Origin: Abditibacteriaceae bacterium
Lineage (GTDB): Bacteria > Armatimonadota > Abditibacteriia > Abditibacteriales > Abditibacteriaceae
Length of the DNA stretch: 64,000 nt
NCBI GenBank assembly: GCA_965277285.1
Contig: OZ255721.1
Location: 1,088,001 to 1,152,000 of the forward strand
Direction of reading: 5' to 3'
Each line of letters starts with the position of its first letter. The stretch's first letter is position 1. Of this stretch, positions 37,085 through 46,763 are shown one piece after another. Made by a program: the position numbers and the translations under genes. The notes under the pieces are model-generated. The model saw only the letters and a program-made list of their open reading frames with translations. It was not told the DNA's origin and did no database searches.

Positions 37085-39733
37085 TTGAACGTACTCGCCC
37101 GATTTGCTCAAAGCTCCAATTGTGTCACTGTTCAACACCGTCGTTTCTCCGCTGTCCCTCGCGTCGGTTTTGCTATCGCCTTTGTGGTCGCCTTGTTTTC
37201 GATGTCGCCAGGCGCGCATTCGGCGCCGCTTTCCACGTCGCTTTCGAGTACTCGATTGGCCCAGGTCAGCGATAGCAACGGTAGCGATAGCAACGGTGTT
37301 GATAATAATCTTGCGCTGCCACCTGTCAATCGCAATCTTCCAACGGCGACAACCCTGGCGCCCGATGCGCAATTGGTGGCGTTGTCCGATATTTTGGTGT
37401 CGAATGCCGCGCCGCAGCAATTGAACGACGCGCGCTTGCAACTGGCGAAAACTGCGCGCTTGCTGGCGGCGCATGATGCGAATACGCTGCAAATCTTCGG
37501 TTTACAAGATACGAGGGCAATTGCGGTCGGCGTTGCACCGGCTAAGAAAAAGGGCAAGGTCAACCGCGCTCTGCCGATTTCGGACGCGAGCAGTTTGCCA
37601 CTCAAGATGACTTTGTCGCGCCTCGCGGTTTCGCCTAACGGCACTTTGATGCGCGTCACGATGGAAGCTTTGCCACCCAAAAACGACGCGTTGGTTGCGG
37701 TCAGTTCCAACGCTGTCAATGCCGCGCCGCAGCCGTTTGTCAATCAAGCGCTTTTTACTGGCGCTCGCACTTACGACTTGTGGTATGCGCCGCAGCCGGA
37801 CGGGAGTTTGGCGTTGCAAGCGTGGCCGGTGGCGCGCGATGCCGCTGACGTGATGAGCGACGAAGCCGAGCGACACTGGCAAAACAGCGCCGATGTCGAT
37901 AGTGCTTCCCTCGACAACAGCGGCGCACATGGATCAGCGCATTCTGCGTCAGTTGCGGATATGGACGCGGCCTCAACCGTCGCCGAAAGCTCGGTACCTT
38001 TGGCGACGACGCGCGAAGGCGACATTCTCGATTTGGTCGCGGAATATCGCGGCGGTCAATGGCTGCCTTTGCGCGCAAGTGCTCCCTGGCGCGGTGCCCT
38101 GCTCGACGATGGAGCGCTGGCCCAGGCCGCCGCGCGCATGAAAACGTTGCAAACACAAGCCTCGAACGCCGCCACTGCGGATTCGGGTAACGCTTCCAAC
38201 GCCGCGCCGCTTTCGAGTACTCGAACTGTCGTCGAAGCGCAAACGGCGCCTTCGGCTGCATCCGATGGCTCATCGGTTTCCGCGGTGACGCCACTCACGC
38301 CCACGGCGGCGCTGGCTAAGAACAATGCGAATAGCGGAGCAGCTTTGCGCAACGTGCGTTTTTGGCTGGTGGCGCAGATGAGTCGTTATCGCAGGCGTGC
38401 GGCGGGCACGGCGCATTTTCTTTTTCAGCGCGGCCTGACCGGCTGGATTGGCATTGATTCGGTTTTTGAAGCGGCGAAAGGCGCTTCCGATTTGTCTTAC
38501 GCAGCGGATGAAAACGCCGTTCGTAGTTTTCGGGCGCAAATGCAAGGCGAAGGCTATTTATCGGCGACTTCGCACCGCGACTTCGCGCTTTTACTGGCGC
38601 GCGTGCATCTGCTGAACGAAGCCGCTGACCAACTGGCTCAAGCGCGCTTGATGCAGCCCGATCTGGTTTCGGACAAGCAAACGCAAACGTTCGAGCGCAA
38701 TCGAGTACTCGATCCGCAAATTCAAGCGCAATCGCAGCGCGACGCTTTGAAACGCGTCGGCTTCTCGCCCGAACATCCCATCTTGCGAATTCCCTATTTG
38801 CTGTCGCAATTTCGCCGTCAACCTTCGCCGCTGACAGCCTTGCGCTTGGGTTTGGAGTATTCGCGTCTGGGCTACGAACGCGAAGCCGCCGCGAGTTTGA
38901 CTTACGGCGAAGCGAACGCGACGCAGTTCTTGGCGTTGACGACCACGAACGACATCGACCGCGCATGGTTTGGCGTGTTGCGCGATCAGTTGCGCAATCG
39001 GCTGGCGCTGGCTCCGTCCAAGCCGCCGAACACTGTGCGCTCCGATTTGTTTACCGTGCGTTGTTCATTAAACGACCCTAACGCGCCGCAACTTTTGGCC
39101 GGTTTGGAAGCCGCGCAATATAAAATCTATTCGAGTTTTGGCGTGCCGATGGGCAACACCGAAGTTATTTTGTGGAGCAGCCAGAACCAGTTTCAGGCAT
39201 ATACGACGCGCCAGGCCGGACGCAACACATCAGAATTCGTAACAGCTTTGACGATCACGCAACTCGTGAACGCCGATGTTGGGCCAGTCGTTTTGGGCGA
39301 GGAAATCAACTTTTTCGCTGACCCGCGCGCCGACTCAATTTCGACCATTGCGCACGAATACGGACACATCGCGGTGCGCGCTCTGGCAAAAGGTCGCGCC
39401 GTTCCCGATTGGCTCAACGAAGGCATTGCGACCTACACAGAAGGCGGCTACGACAATTACATCAAGCGTGTGCGCGCGGGAAAAGCGGCGGGCACATTGC
39501 TTTCGATGCCCGAATTGCAAGCTTGGAACGTGGACGGCGAACGCGCTTTTTTGGCGTATTCGCAAGCCAATTCGATGGTCGATTTCATCGTCGCGCGCTG
39601 GGGCAACACGGCGGTTCTGGATATTTTGGGACAAATCGGCAAAGACATTCCGCCTGATGTCGCCCTGCGCCAAACCTTGCGCGTCACGCCCGAAGCCTTT
39701 TATCAATTGTGGCTGCAAAACGGCATCAAATAA
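37085..39733 (+). CDS. Secreted peptidase-MA-like zinc metalloprotease with TPR-like region (start uncertain)
   Basis: HEYGH...PDWLNEGIA, AYSQA. Confidence 0.75.
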   Translation: MNVLARFAQSSNCVTVQHRRFSAVPRVGFAIAFVVALFSMSPGAHSAPLSTSLSSTRLAQVSDSNGSDSNGVDNNLALPPVNRNLPTATTLAPDAQLVALSDILVSNAAPQQLNDARLQLAKTARLLAAHDANTLQIFGLQDTRAIAVGVAPAKKKGKVNRALPISDASSLPLKMTLSRLAVSPNGTLMRVTMEALPPKNDALVAVSSNAVNAAPQPFVNQALFTGARTYDLWYAPQPDGSLALQAWPVARDAADVMSDEAERHWQNSADVDSASLDNSGAHGSAHSASVADMDAASTVAESSVPLATTREGDILDLVAEYRGGQWLPLRASAPWRGALLDDGALAQAAARMKTLQTQASNAATADSGNASNAAPLSSTRTVVEAQTAPSAASDGSSVSAVTPLTPTAALAKNNANSGAALRNVRFWLVAQMSRYRRRAAGTAHFLFQRGLTGWIGIDSVFEAAKGASDLSYAADENAVRSFRAQMQGEGYLSATSHRDFALLLARVHLLNEAADQLAQARLMQPDLVSDKQTQTFERNRVLDPQIQAQSQRDALKRVGFSPEHPILRIPYLLSQFRRQPSPLTALRLGLEYSRLGYEREAAASLTYGEANATQFLALTTTNDIDRAWFGVLRDQLRNRLALAPSKPPNTVRSDLFTVRCSLNDPNAPQLLAGLEAAQYKIYSSFGVPMGNTEVILWSSQNQFQAYTTRQAGRNTSEFVTALTITQLVNADVGPVVLGEEINFFADPRADSISTIAHEYGHIAVRALAKGRAVPDWLNEGIATYTEGGYDNYIKRVRAGKAAGTLLSMPELQAWNVDGERAFLAYSQANSMVDFIVARWGNTAVLDILGQIGKDIPPDVALRQTLRVTPEAFYQLWLQNGIK

Positions 39734-39819
39734 CGAACCCTGAGTGTAAGCGACGGGCTTGAGTAACAGTCAAATGTAGTTGCTACTCAAGCCCGTCGCT
39801 TACGATTCGGGTTCGTTAT
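39730..39819. repeat. REP-like inverted repeat, family A copy 2
   Basis: ataacgaaccc..gtaagcgacgggcttgagta...tactcaagcccgtcgcttac..gggttcgttat. Confidence 0.8.
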
Positions 39820-39856
39820 CGAGTACTCGAAGTCAACAAAAACCTGATCAAAAACA

Positions 39857-40477
39857 ATGGCCATTTTACCGATTCGCATTTGGGGCGACCCGATTTTAAC
39901 GCGCCGCGCGCAAGCGGTTGACCGCATCACTAACGTCGAGCGCAAACTCATCAAAGACATGATTGAAACGATGGAATCCGCTGATGGCGCGGGTTTGGCG
40001 GCGCCGCAAGTCGGCGTTTCCAAGCGCATTTTCGTCTTCCGTCGCGGCGATGAAATTCGCGCTCTCATCAACCCGAAGATTATCCGTCGTCCCGGCGAAA
40101 AGAAAATCGGCAACGAAGGTTGTCTGTCAATTCCTGGCGTGCAGGCCAAAGTCCTGCGCCATTCGCGCGTTATTATCACAGGCCGCGATGAAAGCGGCCA
40201 AACCGTTGAACTCGACTGCGAAGATGGCGACGAACAAGGCCGCGCCGCGACTTGCGTACAACACGAACTCGATCATCTGGACGGCGTGATGTACATCGGC
40301 AAAGTCGAGCCGGACACGCTCTCGTGGCTGATCGAAACCGTCGATGAAGACGGCGAAGACGACGTAATCCTGCGCCCAACCACAATCGAAGCCATCAAAA
40401 CCGCGTATTCCAAGCGCGAACTGCCGCGCGACTTGCATATTTTAGATCAACTGCGCGACCGCATAATGAAGAAGTAA
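39857..40477 (+). CDS. def: Peptide deformylase
   Basis: GAGLAAPQVG, EGCLS, QHELDHLDG. Confidence 0.97.
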   Translation: MAILPIRIWGDPILTRRAQAVDRITNVERKLIKDMIETMESADGAGLAAPQVGVSKRIFVFRRGDEIRALINPKIIRRPGEKKIGNEGCLSIPGVQAKVLRHSRVIITGRDESGQTVELDCEDGDEQGRAATCVQHELDHLDGVMYIGKVEPDTLSWLIETVDEDGEDDVILRPTTIEAIKTAYSKRELPRDLHILDQLRDRIMKK

Positions 40478-40487
40478 TCAGGCGCCG

Positions 40488-40949
40488 ATGGAAGCGATTC
40501 TTTTTTGCGGCATTCAGGCGACAGGCAAAAGCACATTTTATCGTCGTTATTTCGCGGCGACGCACGCGCACATCAGCCTGGATGTTTTGAAGACGCGGCG
40601 CCGCGAAAGTCGGGCGTCGCAAGCGTGTTTGGAAGCGCGACAGCCTTTCGTGATTGACAATACGAACCCGCAATCGAGTACTCGAATGGCTTATATCGCA
40701 GCAGCGAAAGCGGCTAATTTTCGCGTTGTTGGATATTATTTTCAATCTCAATTGCAGGAATCTTTGGCGCGCAATGCGGCACGCGAACCGTCGCAAATCG
40801 TTCCGCTCGTCGGCGTTTTGTCGACTTATAATCAGCTACAAATCCCGCGCTGGGACGAAGGCTTCGACGCGCTTTTCTATGTTCAAATGGAAGCCGACGG
40901 TTCGTTTTCGATTCACGATTGGAATGAAGAAATGATTCTCGCACCCTGA
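40488..40949 (+). CDS. AAA_33/polynucleotide-kinase-like P-loop protein
   Basis: GIQATGKST, IDNTN, EGFD. Confidence 0.85.
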   Translation: MEAILFCGIQATGKSTFYRRYFAATHAHISLDVLKTRRRESRASQACLEARQPFVIDNTNPQSSTRMAYIAAAKAANFRVVGYYFQSQLQESLARNAAREPSQIVPLVGVLSTYNQLQIPRWDEGFDALFYVQMEADGSFSIHDWNEEMILAP

Positions 40950-40958
40950 ATTTTCATT

Positions 40959-41750
40959 ATGAACTTTGACGATTTCGATGCGCAAATGCGGCGTTTTGAA
41001 ACCTCGCGCGATACGTTTCTGACGCCCGATGTTTTTGTCGTTGCGCGACTTGATGGACGCAATTTCACGCGCCCGACGAAAGAACAGCTTCCTCTGACAG
41101 AGCCGTTCGACGACAAGTTTCATGGTTGGATGACGGAAACTGTACAGCATTTGATGACATGCGGTTTTCGAGTACTCTTCGGCTACACACAAAGCGACGA
41201 AATTTCGCTGTTGTTTCACCGCGACGAAAACGCTTTTGGCCGCAAAGAGCGTAAATGGAACTCGGTTTTGGCCGGAGAAGCGAGCGCCAAATTGTCGTTG
41301 CTGGCGAACCATCTCGTTTGTTTCGATTGTCGCCTGTGTCCGCTTCCCACATCGCAGAACGTTGTCGATTATTTTCGCTGGCGCAGCGAAGACGCGCATC
41401 GTAACGCGCTCAATGCGCATTGTTACTGGGCTTTGCGCAGCGAAGGAGTGGGCGTGAACGCTGCGACGAAGCGAATCGAAAACTTGTCGAACGAAGAGAA
41501 ATTGCAATTGTTGAAAGAACGCGACATCGTTTTCGCGCTTCTTCCACAATGGCAAAAACGCGGCGCGGGCATTTTCTGGCAAAGGCGCGAAATCATCGGT
41601 CACAATCCGCTTTCCAACAAAGATGTTTCGACAACGCGCCGCGCTCTTGTTATCGAGGAAAATTTGCCAGAAGGCGAACAATTTAGTGCGTGGCTGCGCG
41701 ATATTCTCGACGAAGAACATTTATCGAATCCAAGGAGAAGCACGAGATGA
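40959..41750 (+). CDS. Thg1-like 3'-5' polymerase (tRNA-His guanylyltransferase family)
   Basis: RLDGRNF, YTQSDEIS, FDCR, YFRWR..DAHRN. Confidence 0.92.
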   Translation: MNFDDFDAQMRRFETSRDTFLTPDVFVVARLDGRNFTRPTKEQLPLTEPFDDKFHGWMTETVQHLMTCGFRVLFGYTQSDEISLLFHRDENAFGRKERKWNSVLAGEASAKLSLLANHLVCFDCRLCPLPTSQNVVDYFRWRSEDAHRNALNAHCYWALRSEGVGVNAATKRIENLSNEEKLQLLKERDIVFALLPQWQKRGAGIFWQRREIIGHNPLSNKDVSTTRRALVIEENLPEGEQFSAWLRDILDEEHLSNPRRSTR

Positions 41751-43459
41751 AACGATTGTTCTGGTTGTGTATCGTGCTGGTATGCGGAACAGCCATGGCC
41801 GGGGCGGCAACACCGATTATGGTGCAAGATTTTGAAAGGCCTGCTGCGTTGCCCAAAGTGTGGGTCGTGGGAATTCCCAATGAGAATGCGACGGTCAAGT
41901 TGGCGACTGAACATCCGTTCCAAGGGCAACAATCGCTGAATCTCCATTATCGATTCACTGGCGCGGGGCAGTACTTAGGCGTGCCGATTCCCGTCAAAAT
42001 TCAGGCGCCAATTCATAGACTGCATTGGATGATGTATGGCGATAGCTCGAATTGTGGATACGGCCTTTATGTGATTGATAGCAGCGGTGAAACGCACAAG
42101 TATCGCAATCCAGCAACGATGAAGGTCGATTTCAAGGGCTGGAAAGAAATCGACATCGATCTGGACGCGCCCCACGAAACATGGGGTGGAGATAAGAACG
42201 GGAAAATCGATTATCCGATCACCGGCATCACCTTTGAAATCAGTCACGACGACAAGACGCCGGTGGAAAGCGATCTGTACTTCGATGCGCTAAGCGTCGA
42301 CTCAGACAAGAGCGCGGTAGAAACTTTGGGTAGCCAGGTGTCCGTGGTCGCGCCCGCCTACGGCGCGGATGTCAAAGGGAACACGCGCATTTTCCTGACA
42401 GCGCCCGGCTACCAACGCGTGACCGTGCATTGTTGGAAGCAAGGCGGCGTCTTTGGCTCCAACTCCACTGTTGCCACCGTTGTCCCCGACGCCAAAGGCA
42501 ACGGTTCATTCGTCTTTCCGGCCAACAATTATCCGCACGGGCCGATTACCGTGACGCTCACCGGTGAAAACGGCGGCTTCACGGATCACTGCTATCTCCA
42601 GCTTTATAACAAGGGCGGCGTTGCGTGGCACGAAGGAATGCCCAAAACTCCGCCAGCAGCGGCGGGCATGAAACTCCTTTTCGCCGATGACTTTAACGGG
42701 CCGCTTTCGATTTCGAGTACTGATTCCCACGTGACATACTACGCCCACAAGCCGCCCAACGGCAGCCAGGATTTCAGCACGCTGCCGTTTTCCGACTATG
42801 AATCGGCGAAGAATCCCTTTTTCCAGGTTGATTCTTATTTGCGTATCCGCGCCGATGAAAAAAAGAATAGTTCCGGCTTGTTGTCTTCGCTAAAGAATGA
42901 CGGAAGTGGTATCAAGGCTAAGCTCCCCTGCTATTTTGAATGCCGTTTTCTCGGCCCCAACGCTATCGGAACCTGGCCAGCTTTCTGGCTGCTGACCGAT
43001 TACATGACCGATGTAAAAAACGGGAAACCTGATAACGCGGTGCCGGTAGACGAACTGGACATCATCGAGGCTTATGGAGGCGAAGGCTTGCACGAGCCAA
43101 ACGCGTTCGACACCTACATGATTACACCTCACGCGTGGAATCAGGGCGAAGCTGGCAAGGCCGCTGAATCTCTATCGTTCAAAGCGATGAACAATCCGGC
43201 TTCCATGAAAAAATTGGGCATTCCGTCCACCTGGTATGAAGCTTTCCACACCTACGGCTGCAAGATCACTGCAACCGATACCATTTACTACTGCGACAAC
43301 ATCGAGGTCGGGCGGCACAAGACGCTGGAGGCTTCCAAGAAGTATCCGTTCTTTTTTCTCATCAACCTGGCGACAGGCGGTGGCTGGCCCGTCGATCTTT
43401 CGCGCTACGATGGCCGCGCCGATATGTATGTTGACTACGTGCGCGTTTATCAGGGATAA
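41747..43459 (+). CDS. Secreted GH16 glycoside hydrolase with an N-terminal CBM-like domain
   Basis: Signal peptide; WPAFWL, ELDIIE, FHTYG, VDYVRVY. Confidence 0.85.
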   Translation: MKRLFWLCIVLVCGTAMAGAATPIMVQDFERPAALPKVWVVGIPNENATVKLATEHPFQGQQSLNLHYRFTGAGQYLGVPIPVKIQAPIHRLHWMMYGDSSNCGYGLYVIDSSGETHKYRNPATMKVDFKGWKEIDIDLDAPHETWGGDKNGKIDYPITGITFEISHDDKTPVESDLYFDALSVDSDKSAVETLGSQVSVVAPAYGADVKGNTRIFLTAPGYQRVTVHCWKQGGVFGSNSTVATVVPDAKGNGSFVFPANNYPHGPITVTLTGENGGFTDHCYLQLYNKGGVAWHEGMPKTPPAAAGMKLLFADDFNGPLSISSTDSHVTYYAHKPPNGSQDFSTLPFSDYESAKNPFFQVDSYLRIRADEKKNSSGLLSSLKNDGSGIKAKLPCYFECRFLGPNAIGTWPAFWLLTDYMTDVKNGKPDNAVPVDELDIIEAYGGEGLHEPNAFDTYMITPHAWNQGEAGKAAESLSFKAMNNPASMKKLGIPSTWYEAFHTYGCKITATDTIYYCDNIEVGRHKTLEASKKYPFFFLINLATGGGWPVDLSRYDGRADMYVDYVRVYQG

Positions 43460-43497
43460 GTAGGAAATACAAAAGAACAACTTCGATGACAGGAAAA

Positions 43498-43731
43498 TCA
43501 TCCGAGCAGCGTATCGGCATTGCAGCGCCCGCCAGTGAGAAGTTGCGCGGTGGTATCGAGCGCCTGCGTCATCGCGCGGCGGCTGCCAAAGGCCAGCGAA
43601 GCGAGATACACCGATGGCGGGTGCTCCGACGCCAAAGGGCGAGAGATCGGCGCCAGGGTTTCAGCCGTCAACGTCTCCGGCGCGAGTACTGAAGAAGGGA
43701 CGGTTTCTGAAGGGAAGGCAAGAGTACTCAT
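43498..43731 (-). pseudogene. N-terminal fragment of a tyrosine recombinase
   Basis: HPPSVYLASLAFGSRRAMTQALD..A.LLTGG, then stop. Confidence 0.5.
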
Positions 43732-43732
43732 C

Positions 43733-44209
43733 TTATGCCGAAAAATGGCGATTCAGTTGGGCCGTAAAGCGATTAATTACGGCTTGCACCAATTCATTCG
43801 TAACTGCGTTTATCATACGAATATTTGCTTCATAGTCGTCTTGGTTCTGCTCCGCTGTCAAAACTACGCGAAACGGTTGAGTGCTTTTGTTTTGTTTAAT
43901 GCCTTCCTGTTTCGATTTGCGGCCAGTTATATAAGTAAAGTCATGCTCCTCGATAATGTTTTTGAACTCGGCTGACAGGAAAGCCTGAACCATTTCCAGT
44001 TTAATTGCGTTCAGTTCTGGGTCTGTTGCGGCATTTGGACATTCGACGTGTAACTTAACGCTGTTCGGTTTGGCATGACTGATTTCCCAATGAACCCAAA
44101 AAAAGTCACGCCCCACGCTATGACTGCCCTTATTCTTCGACCAGTGCCAGCCTTGCCCGTAACCAAATATATACGGACCGTCTTTTGAGGCGCCATTTAC
44201 AAAAATCAT
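43733..44209 (-). CDS. Hypothetical protein (low GC)
   Basis: 158 aa ORF. Confidence 0.55.
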   Translation of the reverse strand: MIFVNGASKDGPYIFGYGQGWHWSKNKGSHSVGRDFFWVHWEISHAKPNSVKLHVECPNAATDPELNAIKLEMVQAFLSAEFKNIIEEHDFTYITGRKSKQEGIKQNKSTQPFRVVLTAEQNQDDYEANIRMINAVTNELVQAVINRFTAQLNRHFSA

Positions 44210-44309
44210 TATTTTACTCTTTTGAACAGTGTGCCATCAATTTTATCACAGCTACGGCCACAGCCAAGAAATAGCGGACACAATGGACTGCGTTGCGGGT
44301 TAATAATGA

Positions 44310-44347
44310 AAAGCGCGCCCGAATCGAGTACTCGACGGGCGCGCTTT
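44310..44347. terminator. Hairpin with TCGAGTACTCGA at the apex
   Basis: aaagcgcgcccg-aa-tcgagtactcga-cgggcgcgcttt. Confidence 0.6.
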
Positions 44348-44422
44348 GGTGCGTGGACTTGACAGGTTTTCGCCGCGTGGATTCGTATAACTTTTCCTAT
44401 ACGAAAGACAATCATCTATTTG

Positions 44423-44452
44423 AAACTGGCCCACTTTTAGGGGGCAAGGTCA
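44423..44452. mobile_element. Isolated IS3-like terminal inverted repeat
   Basis: Reverse complement TGACCTTGCCCCCTAAAAGTGGGCCAGTTT resembles IS3 ends; no transposase nearby. Confidence 0.4.
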
Positions 44453-44722
44453 GTTAAAGCGGCTGGCTTTCATGCGGTTCTCCTTTGCCGTCTACTGTAA
44501 CGGGAGAACTCGCATTATCAATGGCATACTTTCTGGGTAGACACTTCTCTATCAGTAGAACCACAAGAAGATAGCGACATAAAGCGGCGGCGGTGGAATC
44601 CACACACCAGAATGATCAGATGTTGGGGAAAGCGGCGGGTCATTGACGATTGCTGCCCTGATTTATTTCGCTGTAGATCACAATCATAGACTGGGTTGCA
44701 ACCCGCACCACTGGTTATTTAG

Positions 44723-45388
44723 TCAGCGTTTGAGTGAAATACGCACATCGTGGCCAGCATGGGCCGACCAGTTTTTCAGCGTGAAAACGAGGTCTTTGAG
44801 CTTGGTATCCGGCGGCACCGCGAAGAGGACAGTCATGTTCTCCGCAGAACCGGGCAACAATGGCTTCGTTACCCAATCGCCCTTGGTTTGCATATCGTAG
44901 ATAATCGGCGGATAAGAGTTGGCGTCGAAATCCGTCAGCGCCGTTTGGGGGTCATCGGAGTAGCAGTCCAACTGCTCGACCTTGTTCTGCTGCCTGTTCT
45001 TGACCTGGCACTTGATCGCAATGAACGTATAACCAGCCTTTGGTGTGAAGGTATGCAGAGTGCTGTCAACTTCGGCGGCATCATGATACTTGGCGAAGTC
45101 CTGTTCGCTGTTGAGAACTTTCAAGGTGTATGTGTTGACCTGCTGCACATCCAGCACCTGAAAGCTCCACTTGCCATCGAAGAGAACCTGTCCGATCTTG
45201 CCATTCAGTCCTTCCACCTGATTTGCGCCACCCGCTGGTTTCTTCGGCGCATTTGGTTTGGCCTTGTTAGAGCCGGTAGATCTATTGTATGTCGTCGCTG
45301 CATGGCCGGTGAGGACTACGCTCAGGGCTACGCTCGCAGCCAGAAAGCACAGGACGTGCGTGTTGTATGAACATACTTTAAGTCGCAT
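44723..45388 (-). CDS. Secreted DUF4352-like Ig-fold protein
   Basis: Signal peptide; PKAGYTFIAIKCQVKN, LLPG..VLFAVP. Confidence 0.6.
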   Translation of the reverse strand: MRLKVCSYNTHVLCFLAASVALSVVLTGHAATTYNRSTGSNKAKPNAPKKPAGGANQVEGLNGKIGQVLFDGKWSFQVLDVQQVNTYTLKVLNSEQDFAKYHDAAEVDSTLHTFTPKAGYTFIAIKCQVKNRQQNKVEQLDCYSDDPQTALTDFDANSYPPIIYDMQTKGDWVTKPLLPGSAENMTVLFAVPPDTKLKDLVFTLKNWSAHAGHDVRISLKR

Positions 45389-45484
45389 TGTTTCTCCTTC
45401 TACTCTTGCCTCATATCAAATTCAAGTGTCTGCAAGGAACGGGGTCTCTCGCTCTGGCGCCAGCAGAGCCTTCGCTTTGTTCAT

Positions 45485-46726
45485 TCAGGGGCGGCCCTGC
45501 CGGATGTTGTCGCGGATATACCTGAAGTAGAGATCGTTGGGATCCTTAGGCGCCTGGCCCGCCGCGCGCATCCCGGCAAACCATTGATCCACAATCGCGC
45601 CTTGTTGCTCGGTTCCAAAATCTCCCCACGGGCGACCGGGCGCGCCGTAGGCATACGCGCTGCCGCCGAACTGGTCATGCCCCTGAACCACGACGTCCTC
45701 ACAAAGGAGGCCGGGCAAAAACGTTCTGTTCTGGATTTGCCAGACATGAGTCAGTTCGTGAATCAGAAGTTGCCCTCGCACGGGGTAACTTTTGATAGGA
45801 GCCATCGGGGCGTTGAAGGAAGGCCCCAAGTTGACATAGATGTTTTTGTTGTCTATGCCGGGGATGGTAAACGCGCGCCCCCCAAGCCCAGCCAGGTTCG
45901 TCAGCCAGATTTTTTCCCTTGACGGCAGTGTGTTGCCGAAAACTGTCTCGGCAAAGGCGGCTTCCTGAACATTTAATCGGCGTTTCTGGATCAGCGCGTT
46001 GGTCACGGCACCGGCGGCCACGCCTGCGGGCACAGCTAGAACTAACGCTCCGCCCGATGCGAAAACCGCGATTCCGGCGATCAATCCAAATTCGCTGCCC
46101 AGGCCCAGATCGCCAAAGACCTGACCCATTTCTCGGCCCAGCCCGATTACGACTCCCAGCGCGCCACCTACAGTGTGCGTTCCGATATCCAACACGAACG
46201 AGGCGACATCTTGAACGGCGCCGATCACGCCCGTCGGCTTGTATTCCTTGGTCACAGCCAAGCTACCCGCCTTCACATCGGGCCAGAAGTCCTTGATAAA
46301 CGGATGCGAGCCTTCGATGTTACTATCGCTATTGCGGTTCTTATTGCCTACAACATGACCCTCGACATGACCGCTGTGCTGCAACGCGAAAGCCAAACCG
46401 TTGGTAGCGGTAAAGATGGCACGCACTTGAAAATCGTAGTCGGCGGCTCCGCTGTCGTGCAGATGAGAGTGCGCCTTGTAGGTGCCGTCGCTGCGGAGCG
46501 TCAGGTCAACCCATCCACGGAGCGCGGTTCCTGTTGGAGTCGTGATGTCGCCGTGAAAGTGAGCTTCCTCCAGAGGAGCGGCGGCTTCTGGCGGCGCTCC
46601 CAGCCCCCCCATGAGCGCCGTCAGGGAAACAGGCGCCGCCAAGCCGGAGCGTTGGGCGAGGGCGCGCGTGCTCATCGGCACGTCGTTGATGCCCGCAGCG
46701 CGGGCGGCTTCACGCAGGCTTTTCAT
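45485..46726 (-). CDS. Protein with a hydrophobic Gly/Ala segment and C-terminal DUF4157-like HExxH domain
   Basis: RAFTIPG..LLIHELTHVWQ..FGTEQQG. Confidence 0.65.
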   Translation of the reverse strand: MKSLREAARAAGINDVPMSTRALAQRSGLAAPVSLTALMGGLGAPPEAAAPLEEAHFHGDITTPTGTALRGWVDLTLRSDGTYKAHSHLHDSGAADYDFQVRAIFTATNGLAFALQHSGHVEGHVVGNKNRNSDSNIEGSHPFIKDFWPDVKAGSLAVTKEYKPTGVIGAVQDVASFVLDIGTHTVGGALGVVIGLGREMGQVFGDLGLGSEFGLIAGIAVFASGGALVLAVPAGVAAGAVTNALIQKRRLNVQEAAFAETVFGNTLPSREKIWLTNLAGLGGRAFTIPGIDNKNIYVNLGPSFNAPMAPIKSYPVRGQLLIHELTHVWQIQNRTFLPGLLCEDVVVQGHDQFGGSAYAYGAPGRPWGDFGTEQQGAIVDQWFAGMRAAGQAPKDPNDLYFRYIRDNIRQGRP

Positions 46727-46763
46727 GATGATTTTCCTTTGGCCGGTTCAACCCGCCAAGCTG

